A DNA stretch of 64,000 bases from an uncultured Planctomycetaceae bacterium (lineage in GTDB: Bacteria > Planctomycetota > Planctomycetia > Pirellulales > PALSA-1355). The stretch's first letter is position 1. Every line of letters starts with the position of its first letter. Positions 19,047 through 27,717 of this stretch are shown piece by piece. A model generated the notes under the pieces. That model had not been told where the DNA came from. It saw only the letters and a list, made by a program, of their open reading frames with translations, and ran no database searches. The stretch is taken from the NCBI GenBank assembly GCA_963793635.1, contig CAWCAX010000001.1:212699-276698 (forward strand), given 5' to 3'. Made by a program: the position numbers and the translations under genes.

Positions 19047-19957
19047 TTAATCCAGCGCCCCTTCGCAGGCAATCTTGCGATCGATCCGTTTGAGCAAGCC
19101 CCGCAGCACGCGGCCCGGGCCGACTTCGTAAAACTGGTCGTAACCCTCGGCGAGCAGGTAGCGCATCGAGTCCTCCCAGAGCACGGGCGAAACCACCTGC
19201 CGGACCAGCAACTCGCGAATCTCCTCGGGATCGTCGTGGGGCCGGGCGTCGACGTTGGAAATCACCGGGATGGCAGGCCGAAACATGACCGCGTCGGCCA
19301 GCGCCGCCGTCAGGCGCTGGACGGCCGGCTGCATGATCGGCCGTGTGAAACGCGCCGGCCACGGCCAGCGGCATCGCTTTCATCGCCCCGCGCTGCGGCG
19401 CCAGTTCGGCCACGCGCTGGCATGCCGCATTGTTGCCCGAAACGACGATGTTGCCCGGGCAAAGCAGGTTGGCGATTTCCAGCGTGTCGTCGCCGCGGGC
19501 ATTCGGCGACGATCTGGTCGACCTCGGCCCGATCGAGCCCCAGAATGCTGACCATGCCGCTGGGCGTGGCGTCGGCGGCGTCTTGCATCGCGGCGCCGCG
19601 CTGCTGCACCAACCGCAGGCCGGTCTCGAAATCCATCACGCCGGCAAACACCAGGGCCGTGTATTCGCCCAGGCTCAGGCCGGCCGCGGCTTCGCAGGCC
19701 AACGGCACGTCGGGCCTGTGCGCGCCGCAGCGACTCGACGGCGGCCAGGCTGGTGACAAACAGGGCCGGCTGGCTGTAGACGGTCGAATCGAGCTCTTCG
19801 GCCGGGCCTTCGAAGCAGAGCTGGGCCAGATCGTAGCCCAGGATGTCGGCGGCCCGATCGAACAGCCGCGCGCGGCGGGCAGGGTTTCGGCCAGAGCCCG
19901 CCCCATGCCGACGTTCTGGGCCCCTTGCCCGGGAAACAGGAAGGCGATCTTGGTCAA
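19047..19957 (-). CDS. fabD: malonyl-CoA:ACP transacylase, reading frame broken at least four times
   Basis: 'IAFLFPGQGAQNVGMG', 'LDSTVYSQPALFVTSLAA', 'AAGLSLGEYTALVFAG', 'AFHT' and 'VSPVLWEDSMRYL' lie in alternating frames. Shifts fall near 19868, 19725, 19500 and 19338. Confidence 0.8.
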
Positions 19958-20017
19958 CGTTGCCCCTTGCGGCTGCGAGGTATGCCGGCCGCCGATCGCC
20001 GCGGCCAGCCGTCGCGA

Positions 20018-20197
20018 CTATTCTTCCGGTTCGACGATCGTTCGTCCGGCGTAGTTGCCGCAATTGGGGCAGACCACGTGCGAAGGCACGGCGGTACTGC
20101 ACTTGGGGCAATACTCAAGTTGTTTGGGCCGAATGGCATTGTGGGCCCGCCGACTGCCGGTTCGAGCGTTAGAATGTTTCCGCTTGGGAACTGCCAT
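20018..20197 (-). CDS. rpmF: 50S ribosomal protein L32
   Basis: 'MAVPKRKHSNARTGSRRAH...CPNCG' forms the last 59 codons of ORF 20018..20443. It is the first gene of the fab operon. Confidence 0.9.
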   Translation of the reverse strand: MAVPKRKHSNARTGSRRAHNAIRPKQLEYCPKCSTAVPSHVVCPNCGNYAGRTIVEPEE

Positions 20198-20336
20198 AAT
20201 TGTACCTGGGGCGGGCGAATTTGCCCGTAACGGGTTGTGACGCGGGTTCGAGGCTTGAGCCGTCCCGCACTCAGGGCGTTGGCGGCGCGTTTGACACCCG
20301 CCCAACGAGGCTTTTGCTACGTGTTGGGAACGAATC

Positions 20337-20365
20337 ATCCTAAGAATGCCCCCCGGCGCTGTCAA
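20337..20365 (-). promoter_or_regulatory. sigma70-like promoter candidate for rpmF-fab operon
   Basis: The minus strand reads TTGACA, a 17-nt spacer, then TAGGAT, about 140 nt upstream of the rpmF start. Planctomycete promoter rules are poorly defined. Confidence 0.3.
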
Positions 20366-20385
20366 GGCGGCGATGGGCGCAGTAA

Positions 20386-20778
20386 TCACCCAAACCGAGG
20401 TTGCCGCGACCGTTGCGGATATGGGCGGCGGCACGGTGAGCATCCTGCCTCGTAACCCGCGAATAGCAACATGGGGCCCACCCCGCCCAATCCAATCAAG
20501 TCCGCATTGACGATTCCCGCTGCGGTCCAGGCGTCGGGTTTGCCCCGAGCGATAGCATAAGCCTCTAGGCTGGCATTCAGAACGGGATTAGTAGTGCCGC
20601 CCCCCAAAGCAAAGGCGCCGTGCAGGATTTGTTTCCGCGATCGCCCGCGTTGGCGATGTGGGTTGCGGTAACCGCTCCGCACATCCGCACGCTCTTGGCG
20701 GTAACGGCCAGCAGCAATAATCGGACACTGAACTGCGGCTTCACACCCGCATCCTACGGCACGTGAGAAACTCGCCAA
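20386..20778 (-). CDS. questionable hypothetical ORF (TTG start) in AT-richer islet
   Basis: 130-aa ORF. The segment 'ILHGAFALGGGTTNPVLNASLEAYAIARGKPDAWTAAGIVNADLIGLGG' looks protein-like, but the ends are Arg-rich and the frame may be disrupted. Confidence 0.25.
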   Translation of the reverse strand: MASFSRAVGCGCEAAVQCPIIAAGRYRQERADVRSGYRNPHRQRGRSRKQILHGAFALGGGTTNPVLNASLEAYAIARGKPDAWTAAGIVNADLIGLGGVGPMLLFAGYEAGCSPCRRPYPQRSRQPRFG

Positions 20779-20908
20779 GGCAGACAGGTTTGTACAAACG
20801 ACTTGGCGAAAGCGCGTACAATCGGAATTTCAGGCGAAGGCCCACACATCCAAGCGGCGAATTCAGTCCTACGAGCTGCGAGGACGCAAACCCTACGGTC
20901 AACAATTC

Positions 20909-21454
20909 ATGACCCCAAACGAAGTGTTGCAGATCGTCGAAACGATCCACCGCGAAGGGCGCATCGAGCTGGACATTATCTTTCGCGGTTTTGAAGTGGT
21001 CTTGTCAGCCGATGCCAAGGCGAAGTACCGGGCGCTGTGCGCCCCAATCATTCGGATCAATCGCCGCGACGGGTCGATCGACATTTTAAATGACGGCGTT
21101 GCGTTGCCGCCCGGGGAATTTCCGTTACACGGAGAGTACTTTGCGGGCCGCAACAAACCGCTGTACCTGGACGTAGTGCTGCAAAGAGTCCGCGAAGCCA
21201 CGCGGGACATTCTCTGCAACGAGTACCGCGCGCTCATCGGGCAAGCTGTCGTTGGCACCGTCGAACGGTCTGACGGTGGCGCAGTTTGGGCTCGGTTAAA
21301 AAATACTCGCGCGGTCCTGCCCGTCAGTGAACAGATTGGTGGTGAGACATTTCAACCGGGCGAACCCATCGAGGCTGTCGTGCTCGAAGTTCGCAAAATC
21401 GGCAGCCGCGCTATGGTGATTCTGAGCCGTTCCCGGGCTGTAGGCAGTACGTAA
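20909..21454 (+). CDS. NusA N-terminal domain + S1 domain protein (truncated NusA paralog, no KH domains)
   Basis: 181-aa ORF that aligns by eye to E. coli NusA residues 1 to about 200:
- 'EVLQIVETIHREGRIELDIIFRGFEVVLSADAKAKY' vs '[36 protein letters not shown]'
- 'VLQRVREATRDILCNEYRALIGQAVVGTVERSD' vs '[34 protein letters not shown]'
- 'FQPGEPIEAVVLEV' vs 'FRPGDRVRGVLYSV'

The stop comes right after the S1 domain. Confidence 0.65.
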   Translation: MTPNEVLQIVETIHREGRIELDIIFRGFEVVLSADAKAKYRALCAPIIRINRRDGSIDILNDGVALPPGEFPLHGEYFAGRNKPLYLDVVLQRVREATRDILCNEYRALIGQAVVGTVERSDGGAVWARLKNTRAVLPVSEQIGGETFQPGEPIEAVVLEVRKIGSRAMVILSRSRAVGST

Positions 21455-21540
21455 TTAATACCACAGTGAGACGATTGGCGGGGGGCAGGGTGAGCGTATG
21501 AAGAGCCGCGCCGATTACGGCCAGAAAGCTGACCACCGAG

Positions 21541-22021
21541 CTAGTCGGGGCTCTGCGGGAACACAATGTTTTGCGGCTTCGGGTCGAGGTAATAAATCAA
21601 CATGCTCTCCAGGATCCGCCATCAACGAGACCACCGTCGGCCAGTTGTCGCCGAAAAGGTCCATGCCTTGCCGCTGGTTGTCGGCCGCAGTTTCTTCTGA
21701 AAAATCGGGGCTGCTGTTGAGTCGTACCTTGGCGAAGTCGATGATGAACGGCGGCTGGTGCATCATGTCCATCTCGACCACCATGAGTTCGTCATCGAAA
21801 CGGTGCATTTTGGGGATCCAAAATCCAGAAAGCGATTCGGTCACGCCAAACATGGCCAGCCGTTTATAGGTGTCTCGCTCGTTCAGGTATCCACGCGGAG
21901 AGTAAAAAACCTTGATAGCTGCGCCTCGATTGGTTGCCCAGACTGCGCCGTCCGTTCCATCGCCAAGGAACTGATTGAGGTTTACTCCGCTGCCGACTAG
22001 GTTAACATACCTGGTGGGCAC
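21541..22021 (-). CDS. miniature protein-kinase-like protein (N-lobe plus catalytic loop only); one frameshift near 21612
   Basis: The Gly-loop/VAIK-like segment 'LGDGTDGAVWATNRGAAIKVF' is present. After removing one G at 21612-21613 the frame continues 'LESMLIYYLDPKPQNIVFPQSPD*', which gives a DxKPxN catalytic loop. There is no DFG or activation segment. Confidence 0.5.
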
Positions 22022-22046
22022 GTAGTTCCAGTGCGGCAGGTGGCTT

Positions 22047-22301
22047 ATGGGTGTTCATCACTACGACGGCTATTCGGCAAACGTGAGTGGATTTTTCGTG
22101 GTTGAGCGGGATCGAATCCGCTTGGCGAAGACCAATGGAAGCACGTTTGTACTGGCCGAGAGCCGCGAACTATCGGCCGGGGCCGAAGGCGACCTGCTGG
22201 TGATTGTCGACGGAGTATCCACTTCTCGCCGCGTACAAGTTCTGGAAGACGTGAAGCGGGGCCAGGCAACTGTCAAATACTCGGTTGCTGCGCCGTTTTA
22301 G
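22047..22301 (+). CDS. small hypothetical protein
   Basis: 84-aa ORF in AT-richer DNA, divergent from the kinase-like ORF with only 25 nt between the starts. No recognisable domain. Confidence 0.4.
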   Translation: MGVHHYDGYSANVSGFFVVERDRIRLAKTNGSTFVLAESRELSAGAEGDLLVIVDGVSTSRRVQVLEDVKRGQATVKYSVAAPF

Positions 22302-22402
22302 GCTACTAGTCTAGCGACTGGGTTCCGGGCGCACTGGGCGCGAACATCTCCTCAAAAGTTCCACGCGTCCGGCGGTTCTCGAATCATAGCGGGCCAGCGA
22401 TC

Positions 22403-24625
22403 ATGTTGTCGCCTCAATTGCTGTCGTTGCTGGCGAGTGTCACGGCCCTGTGTTGTCGGCCGGAAATCAGCTGGGCCGCCCACCCGCCGGCCAGCCGCGT
22501 TCCCGACCCGTGGCGGCAGGGCGTCAGGCTGGCGGCGCAAAACGTCGCGGCGGTCGACGTGAGTGACGATGCCAAATTCGTCGGCGTCACCACCATGGCG
22601 TTTCGCGAGAACAATAATTTCTGGCTCCTGTCCAGCGAAGGCAAAGTGCTCAGCGGACGCAACGTCGCGCCCTGGGCGCCGATGCAGGTGGCGGTGCTGC
22701 CGGGCGGCAAAACTTGCGGCGTGGGTTTGGCCTACTCGCGGATCACCGACCCGGCGCCGTCGATCTCCGTGTTTCGCAGCGATGCGCCCGAAGAGACCGT
22801 GCTGGTCGACGTGTATTGGGACCTGGGCTGGCTGCGCTACGGCGCGGGAGACTGGCGCACCGGCTGGCCGGCCAGCATTTTGGGCGACCTCATCGTCCGC
22901 AGCGGCGATGGGCTGGTCACCGTGATCGCGCACGGCGGAGCCCGGCGCTTCTCGGCCGACGGTCAGGTGCAGGTCTACCCCGATACCTGCGAGCGACCGT
23001 TTCGCATGGCGGCCAGCGCCGACGGCCAAGTGATTGCCTACGGCTTTCTGACACCGGACGCAAAAGGACTCGACCAGCACAATCGCGGTCGATTGCACCT
23101 GCCGCGGGCATACCTGAGCGCTGGCAATCCGCAAACGTCAGCCGCAATATGGGCGCGCGCACCCAGTGAAGATCCGCTGCCGGAGGTGCCGCGGCCCCCT
23201 GAGCCGGCTGAAGATTTTCCGGAACTCTCGGCGGCGTTTCGCACCAAACCGCTGGCCCTGCTGCCGTTTCGCCTGCCATATTCGCTGGCGCTGAGCGGCG
23301 ACGGCGCAATCGCGGCCGTGACCGAGTACGGCGGTTGGCTGCGGGTAAAGCAAGAGCGGGGCATCGGCACCTGGAATCCCGATCATCCTGTGCCGTTTGT
23401 TCCTCGCCAGCGCGGCCGGCTGCGGATTTTCGACAGCCTGGGCGTCGAGATGGTACAGGTGGAATTGCCGAGCGAAGGGTTGTTCGACGTGCACGTCGAT
23501 CGGCAGGGCAAGACCGCCTGGCTCGCGCCGGCCAGTTGGTTCAGTCGCGGACTGGCAGGCTGCAGTTGGCTGCCGACCGATCCCGATGCCCGGGAGATTC
23601 ATGTCTTCGACATCCAAAATCGAACGTGGCTCGCGCATCAAGAATTTCCCGATGCGATTAACGACTTGGCAATTCATCCGGGCGGCCAGCGCGGGCTGGC
23701 CTCGTGCTGGAACGGCAAGATTTATCTCGTCGGCCGTGACGGTGCCGATTTGGCCCAGGTCGATGCCGGCGATGCCGCACGCTTGTTCTGGAGCGCCGAG
23801 GGAAATCTGGCCGTAGCCGGCACGCAGCGGGGCGAAGTTTTGGGGCTGAACGCCGACGGCAAGCTGCAGTGGCGCACCGCGCTGCCGGTTGCCGACAGTG
23901 CACCGCTCGGCGAGCCGCTCGGCCCGGTGTTTCCGGACGTGCCAATTTATCAGGTGGGCCGAACCGGCGCCGAACATGCTTACGTCGGCGATAACTGGCT
24001 GATCAAGACCGACGAGGGGGCGCTGCGGATCGATTGCGGCGGCGTATCGGCCATTCCGATCACGCTGCGGCGGATGCGGGCTGCCGGTGTCGATCCTGAT
24101 CAGGCCCAGACCATTTTGCTCTCGCACACGCATGGCGATCATGCCGGCGCCGCTTACCTGTGGCGGGCCATGGGGTCCAAGATCGTGGCCCCGGAAACCG
24201 CCGCGTTGACCGCCGGCTGGCTGATGCCCACCTGGAGCGACTACAGCATCTGGGTGCCCACGCTGATCGACGTGCCGCTGCCGCTTAAGCGGCTGGGGGA
24301 CGAGACCGAAATCAGCGCGGCGGGACTCAAAATTCGCTGCGTCTTTGTGCCCGGCCACTCGTTCGACTCGGTGGTTTATTTGCTGGAGGTGGCGGGCAAG
24401 CGAGTGGCCTTCACCGGCGACATCGGCTTTGAAAAAGAGACGCACATCCTGCATCGCTGCTGGGGCGACGAGCAAGCAGCCCGGGGCGTGGTGGGTGTCC
24501 TACGGCAGCAGGTGCTTACGTATCGGCCCGACTACGTTTTCACGGGGCATTCTGTTCACAGAGACGGCACGGCATTTCTTGAATCACTCATCGAGCGGAC
24601 CGAAGCGGCGCTGGGCGGGAAATGA
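22403..24625 (+). CDS. secreted beta-propeller (PQQ/WD40-like) - metallo-beta-lactamase fusion protein
   Basis: Intact 740-aa ORF with signal-like 'LLSLLASVTALCC'. The N-terminal part has repeated 'G.IY..G.DG' propeller-like blades. The C-terminal MBL carries 'ILLSHTHGDHAGAA' and 'FVPGHSFDS'. Confidence 0.75.
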   Translation: MLSPQLLSLLASVTALCCRPEISWAAHPPASRVPDPWRQGVRLAAQNVAAVDVSDDAKFVGVTTMAFRENNNFWLLSSEGKVLSGRNVAPWAPMQVAVLPGGKTCGVGLAYSRITDPAPSISVFRSDAPEETVLVDVYWDLGWLRYGAGDWRTGWPASILGDLIVRSGDGLVTVIAHGGARRFSADGQVQVYPDTCERPFRMAASADGQVIAYGFLTPDAKGLDQHNRGRLHLPRAYLSAGNPQTSAAIWARAPSEDPLPEVPRPPEPAEDFPELSAAFRTKPLALLPFRLPYSLALSGDGAIAAVTEYGGWLRVKQERGIGTWNPDHPVPFVPRQRGRLRIFDSLGVEMVQVELPSEGLFDVHVDRQGKTAWLAPASWFSRGLAGCSWLPTDPDAREIHVFDIQNRTWLAHQEFPDAINDLAIHPGGQRGLASCWNGKIYLVGRDGADLAQVDAGDAARLFWSAEGNLAVAGTQRGEVLGLNADGKLQWRTALPVADSAPLGEPLGPVFPDVPIYQVGRTGAEHAYVGDNWLIKTDEGALRIDCGGVSAIPITLRRMRAAGVDPDQAQTILLSHTHGDHAGAAYLWRAMGSKIVAPETAALTAGWLMPTWSDYSIWVPTLIDVPLPLKRLGDETEISAAGLKIRCVFVPGHSFDSVVYLLEVAGKRVAFTGDIGFEKETHILHRCWGDEQAARGVVGVLRQQVLTYRPDYVFTGHSVHRDGTAFLESLIERTEAALGGK

Positions 24626-24806
24626 CACGAACGGTCGACGGGCGCCGGCTATTGATTTAATTGCGTCAATGCTATTGCCGGTCAGCACCCCGCTCGCCTT
24701 GCTGGCTTCCGGCGGCTGGCTTAGACTAGGTTTTTCGCCAGGCCCAGCCGCCGCCAACCGACCTAATTCCCGGAGCCAGCAGCCATTAGCGTCGCCGCTC
24801 GTACCG

Positions 24807-26192
24807 ATGTCGCCTTCCAGCGGTGCATTTCGCCCCGCTGCGCGGCCACCTACGCCATCGAGGAGGTGCACGTCGCCTGCCCCGAGTGCGGCGAGCTGCT
24901 CGACGTGGTCTACGATTGGAATCGCCTGCGGCCGCCGACCAAACTGAGTTTCTTCGAGCAGAAGTGGTCGCGGCGGTTCGACCCGCTGTGCTACAGCGGC
25001 GTGTGGCGATTCCACGAACTGCTGCCGTTCGCCCGGCCCGAACACGTGGTCACCGTGGGCGAAGGACAAACCTGGCTGCAAAATGCCCCCGGCGTGGCAA
25101 AATATGTCGGCTCGCGCCCAACCGCTTGCTGCTGCAGTACGAGGGGCTCAACCCCTCGGGCAGCTTCAAGGACAATGGCATGTCGGCCGCCTTTACCCAC
25201 GCCCGGACCATCGGCCGCACGCGGGCCGCCTGCGCCTCGACCGGCAATACCAGCGCTTCGCTGGCGCTGTACTGCGCGGTGACCAAGCTGATGAAGGCCG
25301 TGATCTTCATCGGCTCGGGCAAGATCTCTTACGGCAAACTGTCGCAGGCGCTGGACTACGGCGCGCTAACGGTGCAGATCGCGGGTGATTTCGACGACGC
25401 GATGCAGCGCGTCAAAGAAGTCTCGCAGCAGCTGGGTATTTATCTGGTCAACAGCGTCAATCCGTTCCGGCTGGAGGGGCAAAAGACGATCATGTTTCGC
25501 GTGCTCGAGGCCTTGCGTTGGCAGGTCCCTGACTGGATCGTGGTGCCCGGCGGCAACCTGGGCAACTCGAGCGCGTTCGGCAAGGCGTTCATGGAACTCA
25601 AAGAAATCGGCCTGATCGACAAGGTGCCGCGCCTGGCCGTGATCAACGCCCTGGGAGCCAACACACTGTGCGAGCTATACGAGCGGCGCAAGCTGCGCTG
25701 GAACGCCGGACAGCCCGATACGGCCATTTGCGATAACTACTACAGCGAGCTGGATCGCGGCGGTAAGAAGGCCTCGACGATCGCCAGCGCGATCGAGATC
25801 AACCGGCCCGTCAATCTGACCAAATGTTTGCGAGCGCTCGATTTTTGCGACGGGGTGGTGCGCGAAGTAAGCGACCAGGACATGCTCGACGCCAAGGCCC
25901 AGGTCGGGGCAGGGGGGCTCGGCTGCGAGCCGGCCAGCGCCGCCAGCGTGGCCGGCGCGAAAGTGCTGCTCGCCGAAGGCGTGATCGATCCCGAACAGCA
26001 AGTCGTCTGCATCCTGACCGGCCATCAGCTCAAGGATCCGACCGCCACGGTGGCCTATCACACGACCGATCAGGAGCAGTTCAACCAAGTCCTCGGTCGC
26101 GGGGCGTCAAGCGGGCCGCGTTCGCCAACCGCGCCGTAGCCGTGCCGAACGAACTGGACGAGATCATCAAAGCCATTCAACTCTATAGTTGA
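24807..26192 (+). CDS. thrC: threonine synthase (long form with N-terminal zinc ribbon), three frameshifts
   Basis: Conserved blocks are 'CISPRCGATY...[16 protein letters not shown]', '[19 protein letters not shown]', '[13 protein letters not shown]' and '[12 protein letters not shown]'. The C-terminus '[17 protein letters not shown]' is in another frame. Shifts fall near 24815, 25110 and 26095. Confidence 0.85.
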
Positions 26193-26205
26193 CAACAACT
26201 CGGCG

Positions 26206-26232
26206 TTAAGCCCGCGGGCTGCGACCCGCGAG
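26206..26232. repeat. REP-like palindrome (copy e, degenerate)
   Basis: 'ttaagcccgcgggctgcgacccgcgag', 14 nt after the thrC stop. Confidence 0.55.
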
Positions 26233-26279
26233 CGAGCGCCGGAAAACTCTCCTTTGGAAACGAACGCGCTTAAGTAGGC

Positions 26280-26338
26280 GGCGACTCCGATCGCCGAAAC
26301 GCAAACCAAATGAGGTCGAGTCGGTGATCGGAGTCGCC
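26280..26338 (+). promoter_or_regulatory. 18-bp-stem hairpin in the dapB leader, overlapping a GGAG
   Basis: 'ggcgactccgatcgccga' (26280-26297) pairs with 'tcggtgatcggagtcgcc' (26321-26338) at 17 of 18 positions, with a 23-nt loop. It ends 32 nt before the dapB ATG. Confidence 0.35.
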
Positions 26339-26370
26339 TCCTACAACGCGCTGAACCGAAGAGACGCAAC

Positions 26371-27168
26371 ATGACGCGGACTCGCATCGCGATTAACGGC
26401 GCCGCCGGGCGGATGGGCCAAAGGCTCGTGGCCCTGGGGCACGCCGATCCCGATTTGGAAATCGTGGCGGCGCTCGAAGCGCCCGGCCAACTCAAGTTGG
26501 GAGCCGACGCCGGGCAATTGGCCGGCATCGGGGCGATCGGAGTTTGCATCGCGAGCAAGTTGGAGGGCGGCGCCCAGGTGGTGATCGATTTTTCCACTCC
26601 GGCCGGCACCGACGCGATTTTGGAAACCTGCCGGCAGCTCAAAGTGCCACTGGTTTTGGCCACCACCGGACTGGAAAAGCATCAGCAAGAGAAGGTGCAC
26701 GAGACCGCCCGCAGCATTCCGCTGCTCTGGGCGCCGAGCATGAGTCTGGCCGTGAACCTGGCGATGAAGCTCTCGCAAATCGCGGCCGGCGCGCTCAAGG
26801 ATCATCCGAGTGGCGCCGACGTGGAAATCATCGAGCGGCACCACCGCTTCAAGGAGGACTCACCCAGCGGCACGGCCCTGAAGTTCGGCGAACTCATCGC
26901 CCGCGAGATGGGTCAGTCGACGGCCCGGCATGGCCGCGAGGGTCGACCCGGCAAGCGGCCGCACGGCGAGATCGGCTACCACGCCGTGCGCGTGGGGGAC
27001 AACCCGGGCGAGCACACGATCGTCTTTGGCCTGCTGGGCGAGACCCTCGAAATCAGCGTCAAGGCCACCAGCCGCGACTGCTATGCCCACGGCGCACTTT
27101 CGGCCGCCAAGTTTCTGGTCCGCCAAAAGCCCGGCCTGTTCTCGATGAACGACGTGCTGGGGTTGTGA
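26371..27168 (+). CDS. dapB: 4-hydroxy-tetrahydrodipicolinate reductase
   Basis: Intact 265-aa ORF with 'RIAINGAAGRMG', 'EIIERHHRFKEDSPSGTA' and 'RVGDNPGEHTIVF'. Confidence 0.95.
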   Translation: MTRTRIAINGAAGRMGQRLVALGHADPDLEIVAALEAPGQLKLGADAGQLAGIGAIGVCIASKLEGGAQVVIDFSTPAGTDAILETCRQLKVPLVLATTGLEKHQQEKVHETARSIPLLWAPSMSLAVNLAMKLSQIAAGALKDHPSGADVEIIERHHRFKEDSPSGTALKFGELIAREMGQSTARHGREGRPGKRPHGEIGYHAVRVGDNPGEHTIVFGLLGETLEISVKATSRDCYAHGALSAAKFLVRQKPGLFSMNDVLGL

Positions 27169-27302
27169 GGGGGCGGAATTTACAGCGTTAATCCTGGAGC
27201 CAGTGCCCATATTCCAACCTCCAATCGTCCGCTGGTCACCATTTGCCGGTCCCCCGGTCGGAGTTCGAGGCCCGGTAGCTGCCACCGCCCCGCCGCTGGA
27301 TT

Positions 27303-27647
27303 ATGATGAGGGACATGAATCAGAAGCACACACAGCCTGGGGCACCGTCGACCAACGGCAGCAAGCTGCTCATGGAGATTTGGTTGGACCGCACGGGCGA
27401 CGGCCCGGCTCATCCCTTGATGGAATTCGCGGGACCACGCGGAGATCACTCGCGCGCCCTGTTGTCAAAAAATGCGAAGTTGTTAACGACCGTCTGGGCG
27501 TCGACCCATTTCGAAGCGATGACCCTGTACTACGCCATTATGGGCTGGGGCGTATTTACGACCGATCAACTTTGGGACTTCGACCCCTATCCCGAAGAAT
27601 GGGTCGACGAGCAGAGGAACGCTGGCATTCATCCGGACGGGAAGTGA
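27303..27647 (+). CDS. hypothetical protein
   Basis: 114-aa ORF with a non-repetitive, protein-like composition ('THFEAMTLYYAIMGWGVFTTDQLWDFDPYPEEW'). No domain recognised. Confidence 0.45.
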   Translation: MMRDMNQKHTQPGAPSTNGSKLLMEIWLDRTGDGPAHPLMEFAGPRGDHSRALLSKNAKLLTTVWASTHFEAMTLYYAIMGWGVFTTDQLWDFDPYPEEWVDEQRNAGIHPDGK

Positions 27648-27717
27648 TCCCGCTGCGCAATGACCCTTGGCGGCCGCTGCTTGTCGGCCCTCACCGCTAA
27701 CCACTTCCACCCGCCGA

